A DNA stretch of 64,000 nt from Hyaloraphidium curvatum SAG 235-1 (GCA_025558095.1 JAIVFI010000010.1:620001-684000), one strand, 5' to 3'; shown: positions 1-11,884, counted from the stretch's first letter. A program made the numbers and translations. Notes: generated from the sequence alone by a model not told the origin.

Positions 1-325
1 GCCTCCCGCCCTCGGCAGTTTTGCAAGCAGACAACGGAACAGATACATAGAGCGCATCAAATATGAAACATTTCCGGGTATTTCCTATTGGTTCCTGCTT
101 TTGCCGTGGCCTGGGGGATGGGAGATTCGGCGCCCAGTTTTGTGTGCGGGGTGGGGCCGGGTGGGCAAGCTTTGGAGAAACGGCAATATTGCGCGCCGAA
201 TCTCCCATCCCCCAGGCCACGGCAAAAGCAGGAACCAATAGGAAATACCCGGAAATGTTTCATATTTGATGCGCTCTATGTATCTGTTCCGTTGTCTGCT
301 TGCAAAACTGCCGAGGGCGGGAGGC
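1..325. repeat. Perfect inverted repeat (palindrome): 133 bp arms (1-133, 193-325) with a 59 bp spacer
   Basis: 1-133 (gcctcccgcc...ggagattcggcgc) is the exact reverse complement of 193-325. ORFs 57..263(-) and 63..269(+) have identical ends. The left arm touches the window edge, so it may be longer. Confidence 0.97.
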
Positions 326-735
326 CCAAAGCACCGTGCTGGGCTCAACCCGCGGTTCTCGGATTACAGCGCCTCACTGGTCCGCGTACATATCCCAAAA
401 CAATGTGCAGACTGCATTCGCCGTACCCAGGCCTGCTGAGCAGCGCCTTGAGCAGTCTTCCTGGCCGTCGCTGAGGGGCACCCGGTCAACGAGACCCAGC
501 AGCAAACCACTGTGTTTCGTCCCACACACCCCACGGCGGCAGAAAGAAAGCGGCAAATATGAAACTTTCGCGCCGGTTAGCTGGTTCTCGCTCCAACGGT
601 TACGGGGTGAGTGCGGTTGCAGTTAGGCAAGCGTTTCGTTCGCGGAAATTGGGGTGGGCAAGCTTTGCCCAAACGGCCATAAGGGGTTTCTGGCGGGTTT
701 GCTTAGGGCTCACGCATTTCCGCGAGACCGCGACG

Positions 736-2702
736 ATGACGGAGGACGCGGAGATTCTGACTTTCGAAGATGCCCCTTCGCTGGAGGATACGTTGCGTGC
801 CATGTTGCAGAGGGATGTCGGAGTCTACCATTACGAGCTGAACCGCGGCCGAGTTCCCCGCTTCATCAAAGACTATGGGGCCCGGGGAGCCGCGGAGGAC
901 AGGCCCATCGCGGACTGGATCCTGCGGTACGGCTCTCTGAACACTACTGCGGACGTTGCTGGGGCGGAGCCCGATGAGGAGGACGACGATGGCGCAGAGG
1001 ACGACGAAGAGTTCGACGAGCACGACGACGCCGCACCCGACGGGACTCGGCGGCCGTATTTGACCACGCCTAAGGCTATCGTGAATCAAACAGTCAAGGG
1101 AATGGCGCTCCAAGTCGTGGCTGCCGACGGCAACATCAGCCGCGACCAGGCCTGCCGTGTTGCGCTCACCGGTTAGCACAATATGCAGACCGCTTGGCCG
1201 CACGCAACGGACGAGCTGCTGGACGCGATGACGGAGGCGCTGGACGGAGCAAGGGAGGTCTTCCTGCGCAAGTACCCGACCTACGTCGCGGACAACCTGG
1301 GCCGCACGGTCTGGTCGCACATCATCAACGTCAAGCCGGCATTCCGCACCCCCCAGCGGCTCGCCGCGATGCTGGTGGACGCGGCTCTCCCGGGCGGACC
1401 AGATCGAGCGGGTGTTCGGACCGCTGAACAACGTGCGGAGGTAGAGCCTTTCGTCTTCCTTCCGGGCGGAACAAAGATCCGCTTCAACCCGAGAGGGCGA
1501 GCCTCGAGCCTGAACCAGAATGACGCGGCAAGGGGGGCTCACACCAATCTGGCACGGGCGATGATGAAGCCTGGGACCGACGAATCGATCGTTGCCGCGG
1601 CTGCGACGTGTTTCAGCCGCGCTCTGCGGGCCTCAAAGAGCGACGTCTGCGATCTCGTTCTGTCGCAGATTGACGCGAATGGCGTCTTCTAGTGGGTACT
1701 TCCAGCTTGCACTGTCATTTGCTAACGCACGTCATTCATTTAGCGGATACCAGCCGCTGACCTCGACGACTGGCTTCTATCATCAGATCGATCCTGAAGC
1801 CAAGCCCTACACATGCCTCCACCCGCACCTCGACCACAACCACCACGACATGCCCGGCATATTTCGTACGATCGAAGGGATTGATCTCTCGCCTTTCAAA
1901 GGTGGTTGGCAATCGTCTCCTTTTGCACTTGTTCTGATTCTGCTTGCCTCAGAACACCTGCTGCCCGAAGGCACCCGAGGCGCGGTCTTCCTCATTCGCG
2001 CAGGCGCCAAGGTCGACCTGTACAAGAACCTCACTATCGTCGCCTGCTGCCTAAACATGTTCAAGGACCAGACGAGTTCCGAAACCGCCCTGATTCGCCT
2101 TGCGAAAGCGAAGCTGTTCCACGAGAAGGACGGTGTTGCCGGCAAGCAAGGGTACGAAGCACCCCCTCCCGGTTACCTCGCGAAGCTCCTAGCCTACAAG
2201 CGGAAGGGTTGCGAGAAGTGGAACGTCAAGCATCCCGATCGTCCTCGGACATTGACGATGGAACTTGAGGATGCGGAGCACATGTGGGAGGAGGTCAAGG
2301 GATGGTGCAAGGGCACGGGGGAGTCGCTTGTGAAACAGGCTTCCTTCAATCGGTGGGTTGCATCCTTCATGGTCGTATCATTTCCTGATTCGTCTGCTTG
2401 CGCACAGGCTGCTGGATGAACACGAGCGGTACGGTGGTGTTGGTGACGGGAAGCTTTTCAAGGACGCCGGGTACCATGTCGTCAAACGGGAGGGCCACCC
2501 CGTTGTCTACGGGGTCGATCTGGTCTCGAAGGCCTTCAACAAGTTCATGATGCAGTCGTCTTTCGCGACTGCTCCTGAGGTGATTCTTGCCTTTGACTTC
2601 TCGGGCCTTGACCTGGGAGACATCGAGAGCTACGTGTACGAGCCGATACCTGCGGACGACGAGGATGACGCGGACGAGTGGGACGACGGACTTGAGAACT
2701 AG
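736..2702 (+). CDS. Orphan multi-exon protein with possible HNH/His-Me nuclease-like motifs
   Basis: Four consecutive ORF pieces. Introns 1692-1743 (gt...ctaac...ag) and 2353-2407 join them in frame; the first junction near 1150-1188 is unresolved. Motifs are PHLDHNHH and NLTIVACCLNMFK, with acidic tracts at both ends. Confidence 0.55.
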
Positions 2703-3060
2703 CTAGATCTTTGGTTGTGCCTGAAGCAAATGACATTGTTCGATACCCATCATTATCATCCGGGTTGGGTTGCAGTCGTGACTGGCCGTGACTGATGACA
2801 ACCGAAGCCTGAATGCGAGCGCAACTACCCCACGCGATGTTCGGGCTCGGCGATCCGGCGCGCGGGCACCCAGCGAACCAGGTCGGCTTATTGGCCGTCC
2901 GGCAGGTATGCAGCACGCCCGTCGCAGATACGGGTACAGCTTACGCGATTGTTTCGTTTTCGTTCTCTGGAGGCGCTTCGAGGACGTCCAGTGCCTGTGT
3001 GATCGTCTCCGACGCTCTGCCCACTGGAGTCGACTGGGCGTCACACCTGCATCCCGCGCG

Positions 3061-3738
3061 ATGTTCGCCCGCCTCTTTGCGGCCGTTCCGCCGCTCTCTC
3101 CGCGGCTCTCCGCACCTCCTGTGGCGCACCAGTCCGCCCGCCCGTCGCCGCTGCACGCGCTAGCCGCCGCCTTCCTCCCCGCCCTCGCCGCGCCCTCCTC
3201 CATCGCGCAGGCGCGATGGTCGACCACGGCCCGCGTCAATGTGAAGCTGCATTGGTAGATGATCTTTCCTGTGCCCGCGGACGGGGATGGAGCGCTGATG
3301 GACCGGACGCAGCGAGCACTGCCAGATTCGCGAGCGCAAGCAGTACGCGCTCGTGGTGTGCACGAAGCACCGCTCGCACTGGCAGCGCGCCGCGCTCAAG
3401 AAGATGCGGGCGAGAAAGTGGGTCCCGCCGCGTCGCGGGGCGCGATGGGCCGCTGATGGCGCTTCACCAGGTGGCCGGCGCAGTCCTGGGGCGTGCGGGG
3501 CATAAAGATACCGCCAAAGATTGACCCGAAGGAGGAGGCGCTGCGGCAGATGGGGATCGATCCGTTCAACCCGGTCAAGCCGAAGGTCAAGCCCGAGGAA
3601 CTGTTTGGGATCCCGCTCTATGTGCCAAGGAGCAAAGCGAGGAGAATCCCGCTGTGGCATCCGCCGCCGCCGCCAAAGAAGCGAAGCGCAGCGTTGGACA
3701 GTGTGGACGGGACGCTGCCGAGCCTCAAGAGCGACTAG
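3061..3738 (+). CDS. MRPL36: Mitochondrial ribosomal protein bL36m-like, with a long C-terminal extension
   Basis: Splicing 3255-3312 and 3418-3470 gives an Arg/Ala/Ser-rich presequence, then VKLHCEHCQIRERKQYALVVCTKHRSHWQR (the C-x2-C-x12-C-x5-H L36 zinc ribbon). It continues into ORF 3493..3738. Confidence 0.75.
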
Positions 3739-3809
3739 GCGACGACCAGCGATGGCATCGATGTCGACAATACATTCGAAGCCTCGTGCACGTCGCCTCC
3801 GCCCGTCCA

Positions 3810-6024
3810 CTAGTCGCCCAGCTCCTTCAGCAGGTCGTTGACGTCCAGCTTAAAGTCCAGGAGAGCAGAACTGTCGCGAATAACCGGCAGAGCTGCCTTT
3901 GGCTTCGCCGCGTCGCCACCAGCAGGTCCAGCAGCGGAAGAAGGCCCGTCCCGCAAAAGGTTGAGGAGGCTCGCTGCCGACGAAGGCGGCTTTGCGGCGT
4001 TAAGCAGCGGCGAAGGCAGCGGTGACGGCTCCGCAGTGTCTGTGCCCGCGTTCGCAGGGGACGGTTCGGAGAACAGGAACACGGCGGGAGATGTTGGCGT
4101 TGGGGGAATCGGCGCGTGCGGTCGTGGAGGGATCCAAAAGGGCGTGACGGGCGTCGGGGGAACGGGGTTCGCAGGACGCGGCGGTGGTGTCCGCGAGTCC
4201 CGAATGGGAGAGGAGAGCTCCGTGTCAGTGCTCGATTGCGCGCGCTCATCCGCGCTCGAGGCGTCGGCGTCCTTGAGCGGCATGTAATGCACGGGCCCGG
4301 AAAGGTCAGGATGCGGCAATCCCTCGGACACTGCCGTTGCCGGGCTGGCCTGGCGCGGCGGGGTGGTTACGATCTTGGGAATTGCGTGCTCCTTGTCCTT
4401 CCGCTTTAGCCCAGGCACCAGTGAGGCCAGGAGCGTGTCTGTCGTCCCGGATGGCAGCTTGGGGAGCGAAGCCTTGTGCTCAGCAGGATGGGACCCGGTG
4501 GCAGCTCCTGTCAGCAGGGAAAGAAGGTCTCCGGTTTCTTTCTGCGCTGCCGGTGGCGCTGATTGCTGCTCAATGAGTATGTTTGCTTCAGCAGGCCGCG
4601 TCAATGTCCTCGGCAGGGCTGCAGGCGGCGTTGTGGCCGCTGAAGGTGTAGGTTTGATTGAGACTAAGCCAGTATCGCTGGGTGCGAGCTGCGCTCGCGC
4701 GGCGTTCCGGAACAACCGTTCCAAGTCGTTGGCCTCCACCGGCACCGGTGGGGCGGCGACGAGCGTTTCAGGAGCACTGGGTGGCGACGAAAATCCGACA
4801 CCCAACAACGCTTTCAGAGCATCTGCGGCCCCAGGCATCAATCCGAGTTGGGGCAACGGTGCGGCGTCCTGCCCCAGATCAACCGGGTCCAAGGTGATAG
4901 GCTGGGAAACTGAAGACCTCTCCTCTGACTCAGCTTTCTTCGCTTTCCGTTTCTTCGCGTTCCTGGGCGTGTCGGCGGCACCCGCATCGCCGTACCCGCT
5001 TTCCACATCCGATTCGCTGCCGGCGCTCGAGGTGTCCGGCGCGGGCTGTACGGGAGCCCTGGCGCTGCGGCGCGTATCCTTCCTCTGTAGCTTCTTCTGC
5101 CGCTGGATCCAAGCCTGAAGGCGGGGCACGAAGGGCATAATGCTGTAGCTTTTCCCCATGGTGCTCCCGGACGCGTATCCCCCTCCGCTCGCGTAGCCCG
5201 GCACAGGGGATTTGTCGCCTCCCCGTCCGCCCGGCGAGGGGAGATTCTTCACCAGATGCCACTCGATTTTCTGCAAATAGGGTCAGCCAACGCACGCCGC
5301 GATCTCTCCACGAGGTACCCACCCCAATCTCCTGCCGGGTCTGGGCTTCGAACTCGAAATCTTCAGGAACCCCGACAACAATGTAAAGCTTGATCCTCTG
5401 CTCCTTCATCGTCAGCTCCAAGAACTGCGCCGAGTCCAGCAGCGCCGTGATGTCGAAGCCCGTCTCCTCGTACACCTCGCGGATCGCGCATGCCTCGTCG
5501 TCCTCGTCCTTATTAATCTTCCCCTTCGGAAAGCCCCAGCCTGCCTTCGCAGACCATCCACGAACCAGAAGCACCTGCGGGGCCAGCTTGTAAGCCGGAC
5601 GTGAGCAGGAAGGTGGGGACTCCCGACCTTCTCCATCGACGCATTCAGAAGGATCGCGCCGCAAACGGGCACGCGGTTCTTGTACTGCATAAAGTCGTCG
5701 AAAGCCTGTTCGTGCTCGTGCTGCCATTGCCGCAGCAACGGGCAGTGCCTGAAGAGCTGGGCCGAGAAGGTCTTCAAGTTGTAGTGGTGCAGCTTCGGCT
5801 GCTGGGGCCGGACAAAGTCCTCATAGAACCAGAAGGCCTGTTCGACCTGGAACAAGATCCGTTCCACGGAAGCCAGCTCCTCGTCCGGCACATTGAGGAT
5901 GAAACGGCTTGCGACGCGTCAGGGTACTTTGGCCCTTAGGACGCGGAATCGCGCACCTGGAGAGGTCATCCAGGACTTCCTGGAAAGAAGCCTTCACGAA
6001 TGTCGACGCGATTATAGAGGACAT
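3810..6024 (-). CDS. DCP2: mRNA decapping enzyme Dcp2
   Basis: Box A (VLDDLS.RF...ERILFQVEQAFWFYEDF), RVPVCGAILLN and Nudix box GKINKDEDDEACAIREVYEETG. The long low-complexity C-terminus has LLxLL-type motifs. Three introns. Confidence 0.95.
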
Positions 6025-6230
6025 GTCACATTTCAGCCCTTCGTCTGCGTTACGGTTGGCAGTTCGACAAGCGCGGGTTTGATGTCGATCAACCAGCAGC
6101 ATACAGTACACTACTGGGGGCACTCCATCTGCACACTGACTGGGCCGACGCCGGCTGGGGCAGTCTGGCAGGGGGTCGATCTCGCTTTTCAACACGGGAC
6201 TGAATCGAATTGCATGGCCAGACTGCAGCG

Positions 6231-7389
6231 ATGAGGATTCTATGCTGGAACGTCAATTCCATTCGGACGCTCCGGAGCTCGCTGCGGACCCAGTACCCGC
6301 GCGTGCCGGGCAACGATGATCCGAATGAATTGCATCGCTTCTTCGTTGCGATGAAGGCGGACGTGATTGCGTTCCAGGAAACAAAACTCACGGACTACAG
6401 CCAGCTGGCTTCGGAGAGGGAGCTTGTCCAAGTTCCTGGATATGAGAGCTTCTGGACGTTCTCCCGGAGCAAAAAGGGATACTCTGGAGTGTGCATTTAC
6501 GTGCGAAGCGGAAGCGCGGTCGACGCTTGGGATACATTCGAGATCGACGTTCCCAAAGAGAGGCGCCGCTTCGCGGATGAGGGCCGCTGCGTCACGGTCG
6601 ACCTGGGAAGCGACGTTCTGTTGATGGCGCACTACTTTCCGAACGGGCAAGCTTCCGAAGAACGGGTGGCCTACAAACTGGACTACTACAACGCGTTGCA
6701 GGAGACCTGCCGACGCCTCCGTGCGGAAGGGAAGAACATAGTCGTGTGCGGTGATGTCAACACGGCGCACCGGGAGATTGACATGTCGGTTTAGCTGGTG
6801 CAGACGTTGGCGACGGGTTCCTGACCGCGTCTCCTTTAGCTTCGACGCAGCAAAGTTTGCCAACGGCACGGGCTTCTTGCCGGAGGAGCGTCAGTGGATC
6901 ACGGAATTCCTGGAGGACGGGTTCGTGGACGCCTACCGATCTTTCTATCCGACAAAGGAGAAAGCCTACACGTATGGGCGCATGCCTGAGTCGTATCACG
7001 GTCGCATACTCATCATTTTTTGCAGTTTCTGGGATCTCCGCACGCAGAAGCGCGAGACGAATCAGGGGTGGCGCATTGACATATTCTACGTTTCGGCACC
7101 GCTGATGGGGAAGGTCACCGCGTCGGACATCCACGCCGAAGTGAAGGGCTCCGATCACTGTCCGGTCACTCTGGACTTGGACCTGCCCGTGCAGAGCGGT
7201 CTCAAGCCTCCTGCACTCGCTGCAAGCTTGAGGCCCGAGTTTTCATCCAAACAGCAGTCGATTAGCAGCTTCTTCAAGCCCAAGGCGCCAAAAGACGACT
7301 CGAACGATGCGGCATCCAAACGGAAGGCGGACGACAAAGCTGAAGCCTCGGGGAGCCAGAAGAAGCAAAAGCACGCGGATTCGCAGTGA
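6231..7389 (+). CDS. APN2: ExoIII-family AP endonuclease, APE2/Apn2-like, with PIP box
   Basis: WNVNSIR, FQETK, GYSGV, EGR, YFPNG, GDVNTAH, GWRID and GSDHCP motifs. PIP box QQSISSFF. Two introns. Confidence 0.88.
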
Positions 7390-7482
7390 CGGCACAAGCG
7401 CGGCAGCGCGCTCCTTTGACAAACAAGGGTCTGGATCATGGGTCGGAGTTCTGTTGCGATACCAATCAGAGTCTTTGTACGT

Positions 7483-9303
7483 TTAGTTCAGATACACGAT
7501 CAGAATGGCACTGAGCAGAGCATACATCCGAACGGAAGAGCCCCGACCAGCTGCATTTGGAGTCCGATCTCCGCGAAGCCATACACGTACCACGTCCTCG
7601 GTGGTCTGACTGCAAGTTCCCGCCTCCGATTCGTTCCAGGGCAGAACAGGGAGCGACTCGACGCTTCGGAGCTCGACAACCGGCCATGGTGCAAATGCGT
7701 ACCTCGACTTTATCCGACCGGCTAGCGAGCTCTGCAAAAGAACCGCTCCTCCCGGCAGAACGTCGTCCGGAATGGTGCGCACCGAGCTGGGTGACGCCCA
7801 ATCCGAACCGTTGCTGATCTCCAATCCTCCACAGTATTTCCTTTCGATGCGGCTCGGGCAAGCTCCGCTACTGTAAAGGATTGTCGCGTTCCGCGGCAGC
7901 GACGAAGTCAGGAAACTGACAACGATGCTCCCCGGAGACGACATGAGCGCGCAAGAAGTCCCGAAAGCAGGGTAGGCTCGGGGATAGTCGAGCCGGCTCG
8001 GCAGCACGGAGCTATTGCTCCTGGACAGGTAAGACCAGGCAAGCCGCTGTCCGATCGGTCGCTTGTAACGGGGATGGATGCTGCTCCAGCGGGAATCGGC
8101 GTCGCCGAGGTCTATGGCTGTGACCATCGACACGCCGATCTGAGGAAACCGGCGCTGTAGTTCGTCAATGGCGTTCTGCTGCGAGTTGCGGAGGACGGGT
8201 TCCGCAAAGGCATTAATCGCCACAAAGGGCGTGATCTGCACGTATCCCATCCACGGCGTCCTCCTGGTTCTCGGCTTCGTAAAGCGAGTCAGCATATCCG
8301 ACAATGTCGCCGTGAGCTGGCACTTGTAGTAGTCCCCGGCATGAGCGAACCCTGCTTCAGCGTTCGTTTCCCCTTGGTAGAATGCCAGACCTTCGAACGG
8401 CAAGGGGCCCAATGCAAGGGGCTGAACGAGACCATTGTAGAGAATCGATGCGTCAAACACATCGGGCACTTCCTCGTACGTCGGTGCAACAGGCTGAGGA
8501 CACCCCTTGAGAGCTTGCGCGGAAGACCACGCCTGTATGCTGGTTCCCGAGACGGCGATGCTCATGAGCCCGATCGGCACACGCTTGTCCGGAACATGAC
8601 GTCTAAAGGCCTCGTCCAAAGTCGTGCCGAAGGCAAAGCAGGTGGCGGAAAAAGCAGTCCATTCCTTCCCCATGATCGATTCGCGGCTTGCGACCGCCCA
8701 ACCTGGCGCCCCAGGCGACGTGTAGATTGTGTCGGTCGGGATCAGGCTCCTAGGCACCGACGAGTTCGGGTTCCCGTACCAAATGGTGTTTCCGGCTTGG
8801 AAAACCCGAAGCAATCCGTTCGAAAGCTGGGCTTCCGTGTAACTTTCCTCCGTTTGGCTGGCAGACATGACCATGTTCGATTGCCCGAAACAGCCGAAGA
8901 CCACCCCAAAGAGCACGTCTTCCAGCAAGATCGCAGCGGAGCCTGCCGTCGAGACCTCGATTGCGTAACTCACGAGCCCAGAGCTTGGCGCAACCGGATC
9001 CAGATCCACTTTCCAGAACCCATCGGCCCGTACCGCCGTCTGGTACACCTTTCCGGCCGCCTTGTCTCCGTCTCGAAAGATCAGCGTCTGCACGGTGGCC
9101 CCCGGATCCGACGTGCCCCATATCGTTGGCTCATCGTGCTGAAGGACCATTCGGGAGGAAAATACGGTGGATACTCGAAGCTCCCCGAGAACCGGAGTCC
9201 CGAACAATAGAACGCATGCCAGAATCGCTCGGAATGCGGAGACCGAGATCATCAATTGGCCTCGGGGCCGTGGAGTCCTTCCAAAAGCGGAGGACGGGGC
9301 CAT
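7483..9303 (-). CDS. Sialate O-acetylesterase (SASA/SGNH family), secreted, possibly GPI-anchored
   Basis: FSSRMVLQH, GQSNM, FSATCFAFG, PIGL...GTSIQAW, FYQGETN, IHPRYKRPIGQRLA and RYAF. Hydrophobic signal and C-terminal hydrophobic tail. Intronless; start codon uncertain. Confidence 0.88.
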   Translation of the reverse strand: MAPSSAFGRTPRPRGQLMISVSAFRAILACVLLFGTPVLGELRVSTVFSSRMVLQHDEPTIWGTSDPGATVQTLIFRDGDKAAGKVYQTAVRADGFWKVDLDPVAPSSGLVSYAIEVSTAGSAAILLEDVLFGVVFGCFGQSNMVMSASQTEESYTEAQLSNGLLRVFQAGNTIWYGNPNSSVPRSLIPTDTIYTSPGAPGWAVASRESIMGKEWTAFSATCFAFGTTLDEAFRRHVPDKRVPIGLMSIAVSGTSIQAWSSAQALKGCPQPVAPTYEEVPDVFDASILYNGLVQPLALGPLPFEGLAFYQGETNAEAGFAHAGDYYKCQLTATLSDMLTRFTKPRTRRTPWMGYVQITPFVAINAFAEPVLRNSQQNAIDELQRRFPQIGVSMVTAIDLGDADSRWSSIHPRYKRPIGQRLAWSYLSRSNSSVLPSRLDYPRAYPAFGTSCALMSSPGSIVVSFLTSSLPRNATILYSSGACPSRIERKYCGGLEISNGSDWASPSSVRTIPDDVLPGGAVLLQSSLAGRIKSRYAFAPWPVVELRSVESLPVLPWNESEAGTCSQTTEDVVRVWLRGDRTPNAAGRGSSVRMYALLSAILIVYLN

Positions 9304-9694
9304 CGTTGGGCCTCGGTTCCGCGGAGTCGCGTCCCGAACGAGTTCCAGGTGGCCGCCGCCGCGATGCGCTGCCCGGTGCCAATCAGGCCGCGCCAACCCC
9401 GAGAACGCCTCAACAGAGTGACGAGAACGGAACTTAGGACATTTTGAGGCCGATGGTCCCCAACAGGCGACGAATCGGGGAAGGAGCGGGCGGGCGGGCG
9501 GGCAGGGTCCGATGCGGATCCTCATCAGCTCCGAATCAGGGAAGATTTGGTTTCGGGCCAACCAGGGTATTAAGAGACAGAGACAAAGGTACATGATCGA
9601 GAAGTGTCAATCCGTGTTTCAGAGTGTTTCCAGTCTTGCCCATGCTCGCCTAGGCCACCTTTCCCGCGAGCCACCCCCTCCCCCGCGACAACGA

Positions 9695-11706
9695 TCACCC
9701 CTCCCGCAGGACAAAGTCGCGGAGCACCACCGGGATCGAGGCGTCCAGGCCGACAATGTCCAGCATCCCCAGGTCCTCCGGGTCCGCGATCGTGAAGTCG
9801 TTGACCGCGAACGCCGCCACCGCGAGCTTAGCGTGCGGACGGCCCATGCCGGCGCGGTACCGACGGAGGGCCTCGGAGGGGTGGATCCTGCCGAACCACG
9901 TCTCGTTGTCGGTGAGCACGACGAAGACGTCGACCTCGAGCCGCTTCTCGAGGGCGTAGGTCATGGGCAGGGCGCAGTCGGTTCCGCCGAACGGCATGCC
10001 GTCGCTCCTGTCGACGACGGCGTCGAGCCGCTCGTGCTTGCCGATGGGGAAGGGCGTGAAGGTGTCGCAGAACGCCATGGTGTGCACCTGCTGCTCGCTG
10101 CGCACGAGCGCGAGGGCGATCGCGCTCGCCGCCGTCCGCGAGCTGATGGACGAGCCCGCGATCGGCGACGACATGGAGCCCGACACGTCGATGCCGACGA
10201 GGAACTTCTTGCCCGTCGGCTCCACGTTCTCGAACGCCAGGTCGAACGCCGCCGACAGCGAGTCCACGATGCGCTCGTCCGGGTCCCACGACAGCGACCC
10301 GCGCACCCCGCGGCCGGCGCGGTAGGTCTCCATCGCCAGCAGGATGCTGAACGGGTGCACACGGGCCTTGCGGATGGCGTCGCGGGAGGCGAGCGCGCGG
10401 CACACCGAGTCCGACTCGTCCGACAGGGGCTCGAGCAGGCCGACCGAAGTCATCTTGCCGAGGTTGCGGATCATGGCCGTCATGGGCATGCCGATCGCGA
10501 GCAGAGCGCGCCAGATCTCGGGCGAGTTGAGGAAGGAGGTCGGCACGTGCTCGCGGGCGAGGCGGAACCGGCGGATGAGCTCGGCCGCGCGGGCAACGTC
10601 CTCGTCGGCGGGCTCGCCCTGCTTGAGGCCCAGCGCGGCCATGTCCTCGAGCGCGGAGATGAAAGCGGCGACACGGCGGAGCTCGGCTGCGTCCTTGGCC
10701 GGGGCGGGGGTGGAGGCGTTGCCGGCAGGCGCCTCCGAGGCGGGCATCGGCACCATCTCGAAGTCGTCGTCGTCGGCGATCGGCGCCGGGGGAGGGGGAG
10801 CGTCCGTGTCCATGTCGTCCGAGGAGGCGAGGATGCGCTCGAGCTCGCCCTTGACGCCGTCGCGGCCGCGGACGATGTAGCGGAGCACGAGGTCGCGAGC
10901 GCTGGCAATCGGAGGCAGGGGCTTGGCCGGGGTCTGCAGGCGCTTGGCGGTCTTGCCGGTCTCGGGCTGGGCGGCAGTCTCGGGCGCGACGGCGGCCTCG
11001 GGCTGCGCAGCGGGCCTGTTCTCGTCGGCGCCGCCGGGGACCTTGAGGTGCACGCAGCGCAGCACGTCGCGGCTCGTCCAGTCGTTGCGCGACTTGTACT
11101 TGGACGTGGTGTAGGCGAGGTCCATGGCGGGCTTGCCGAGGTACCAGCCGGCGACGGCGCGGCGCATGCCGGCGCCCCAGGTGGGCTTCTTGTCGCCGAA
11201 AAGCTTCTCGAACTCGAACAGCTGGAAGAGCGTGGTCGGGATGCGGCACACCTGGGGCACGGCGGCGTAGGCGGCGGCGCGGGTGTCGTCGTCGCCGAGC
11301 TTGATGGCCGCGGCCAGGGCAAACACCAGCGTGTCCTGCTTGGGCGTGCGGCTGCGCAGCGAAAAGTCGGCGACGGTGGCGACGACGTCCTTTCCGCGGC
11401 CAGAGGCGATCATGGCGACGAGGTGGTTGGCCGACAGCACGGTGAGGGCCTTCTCGGTGGCGTAGTACGAGCCCTGCGTGCGAATGCAGCGTCAGCCATA
11501 TCCAGGTTAGCAGGTCGTTGTGAACGTACCTTCTCGGTACCGAGGACGAGGAACCGCTCGAGCTTGGCCTGGTCCGAGGCCGCAAAGACGAAGCCGCCGG
11601 CGTTGTTCTCGACCATTTCGCGGCCGGGCAGCGGCTTGGACTGCGGCACGGCGGGCTGCGGGGCCATCGCGGCAGAGAGGTACGAGTTGCGGGCGCGGCG
11701 CGGCAT
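9695..11706 (-). CDS. RO60: Ro60/TROVE-vWA RNA-binding protein, copy 1
   Basis: PQSKPLPG..VENNAGGFVF, RFLVLGTEKGSYY, VCRIPTTLF, KYKSRNDW, MPMTAMIRNLGKMT, RVHPF, MIDAS DVSGSM, GGTDCALP and TDNETW. Intron 11474-11529. Confidence 0.95.
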
Positions 11707-11843
11707 GGCGGCAAGCGGTTCGGCCGGTGCGGTGCGATGCGAGTGATGAGAGGAGCCGCGAGGCTGTTTCACCGGCTTTTATTGCTCCAGCGGTGGAGCA
11801 GCGCCCCCGAGCCGCGAGACTCAGTTGCTGTGGCCCTCGGACC
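9695..11843. repeat. Left arm of a ~2.15 kb inverted duplication (partner 21749-23901)
   Basis: Reverse-complement identity with 21749-23901. Weaker, gapped similarity continues outward to ~9566 and ~24021. Confidence 0.97.
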
Positions 11844-11884
11844 CGTCTCAGAAGCCGACCGATCGCCGCGCGTCGGCCGCTTCA

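Noticed and set aside
57-269. Twin 68 aa ORFs on opposite strands
   Set aside because: A by-product of the palindrome, with no coding evidence.
9512-11746. Long antisense and alternative-frame ORFs over Ro60 and many other genes (e.g. 21850..24228, 53288..54988, 61206..63557)
   Set aside because: These are shadow ORFs caused by high GC3. They are Arg/Gly/Pro-rich and have no motifs.
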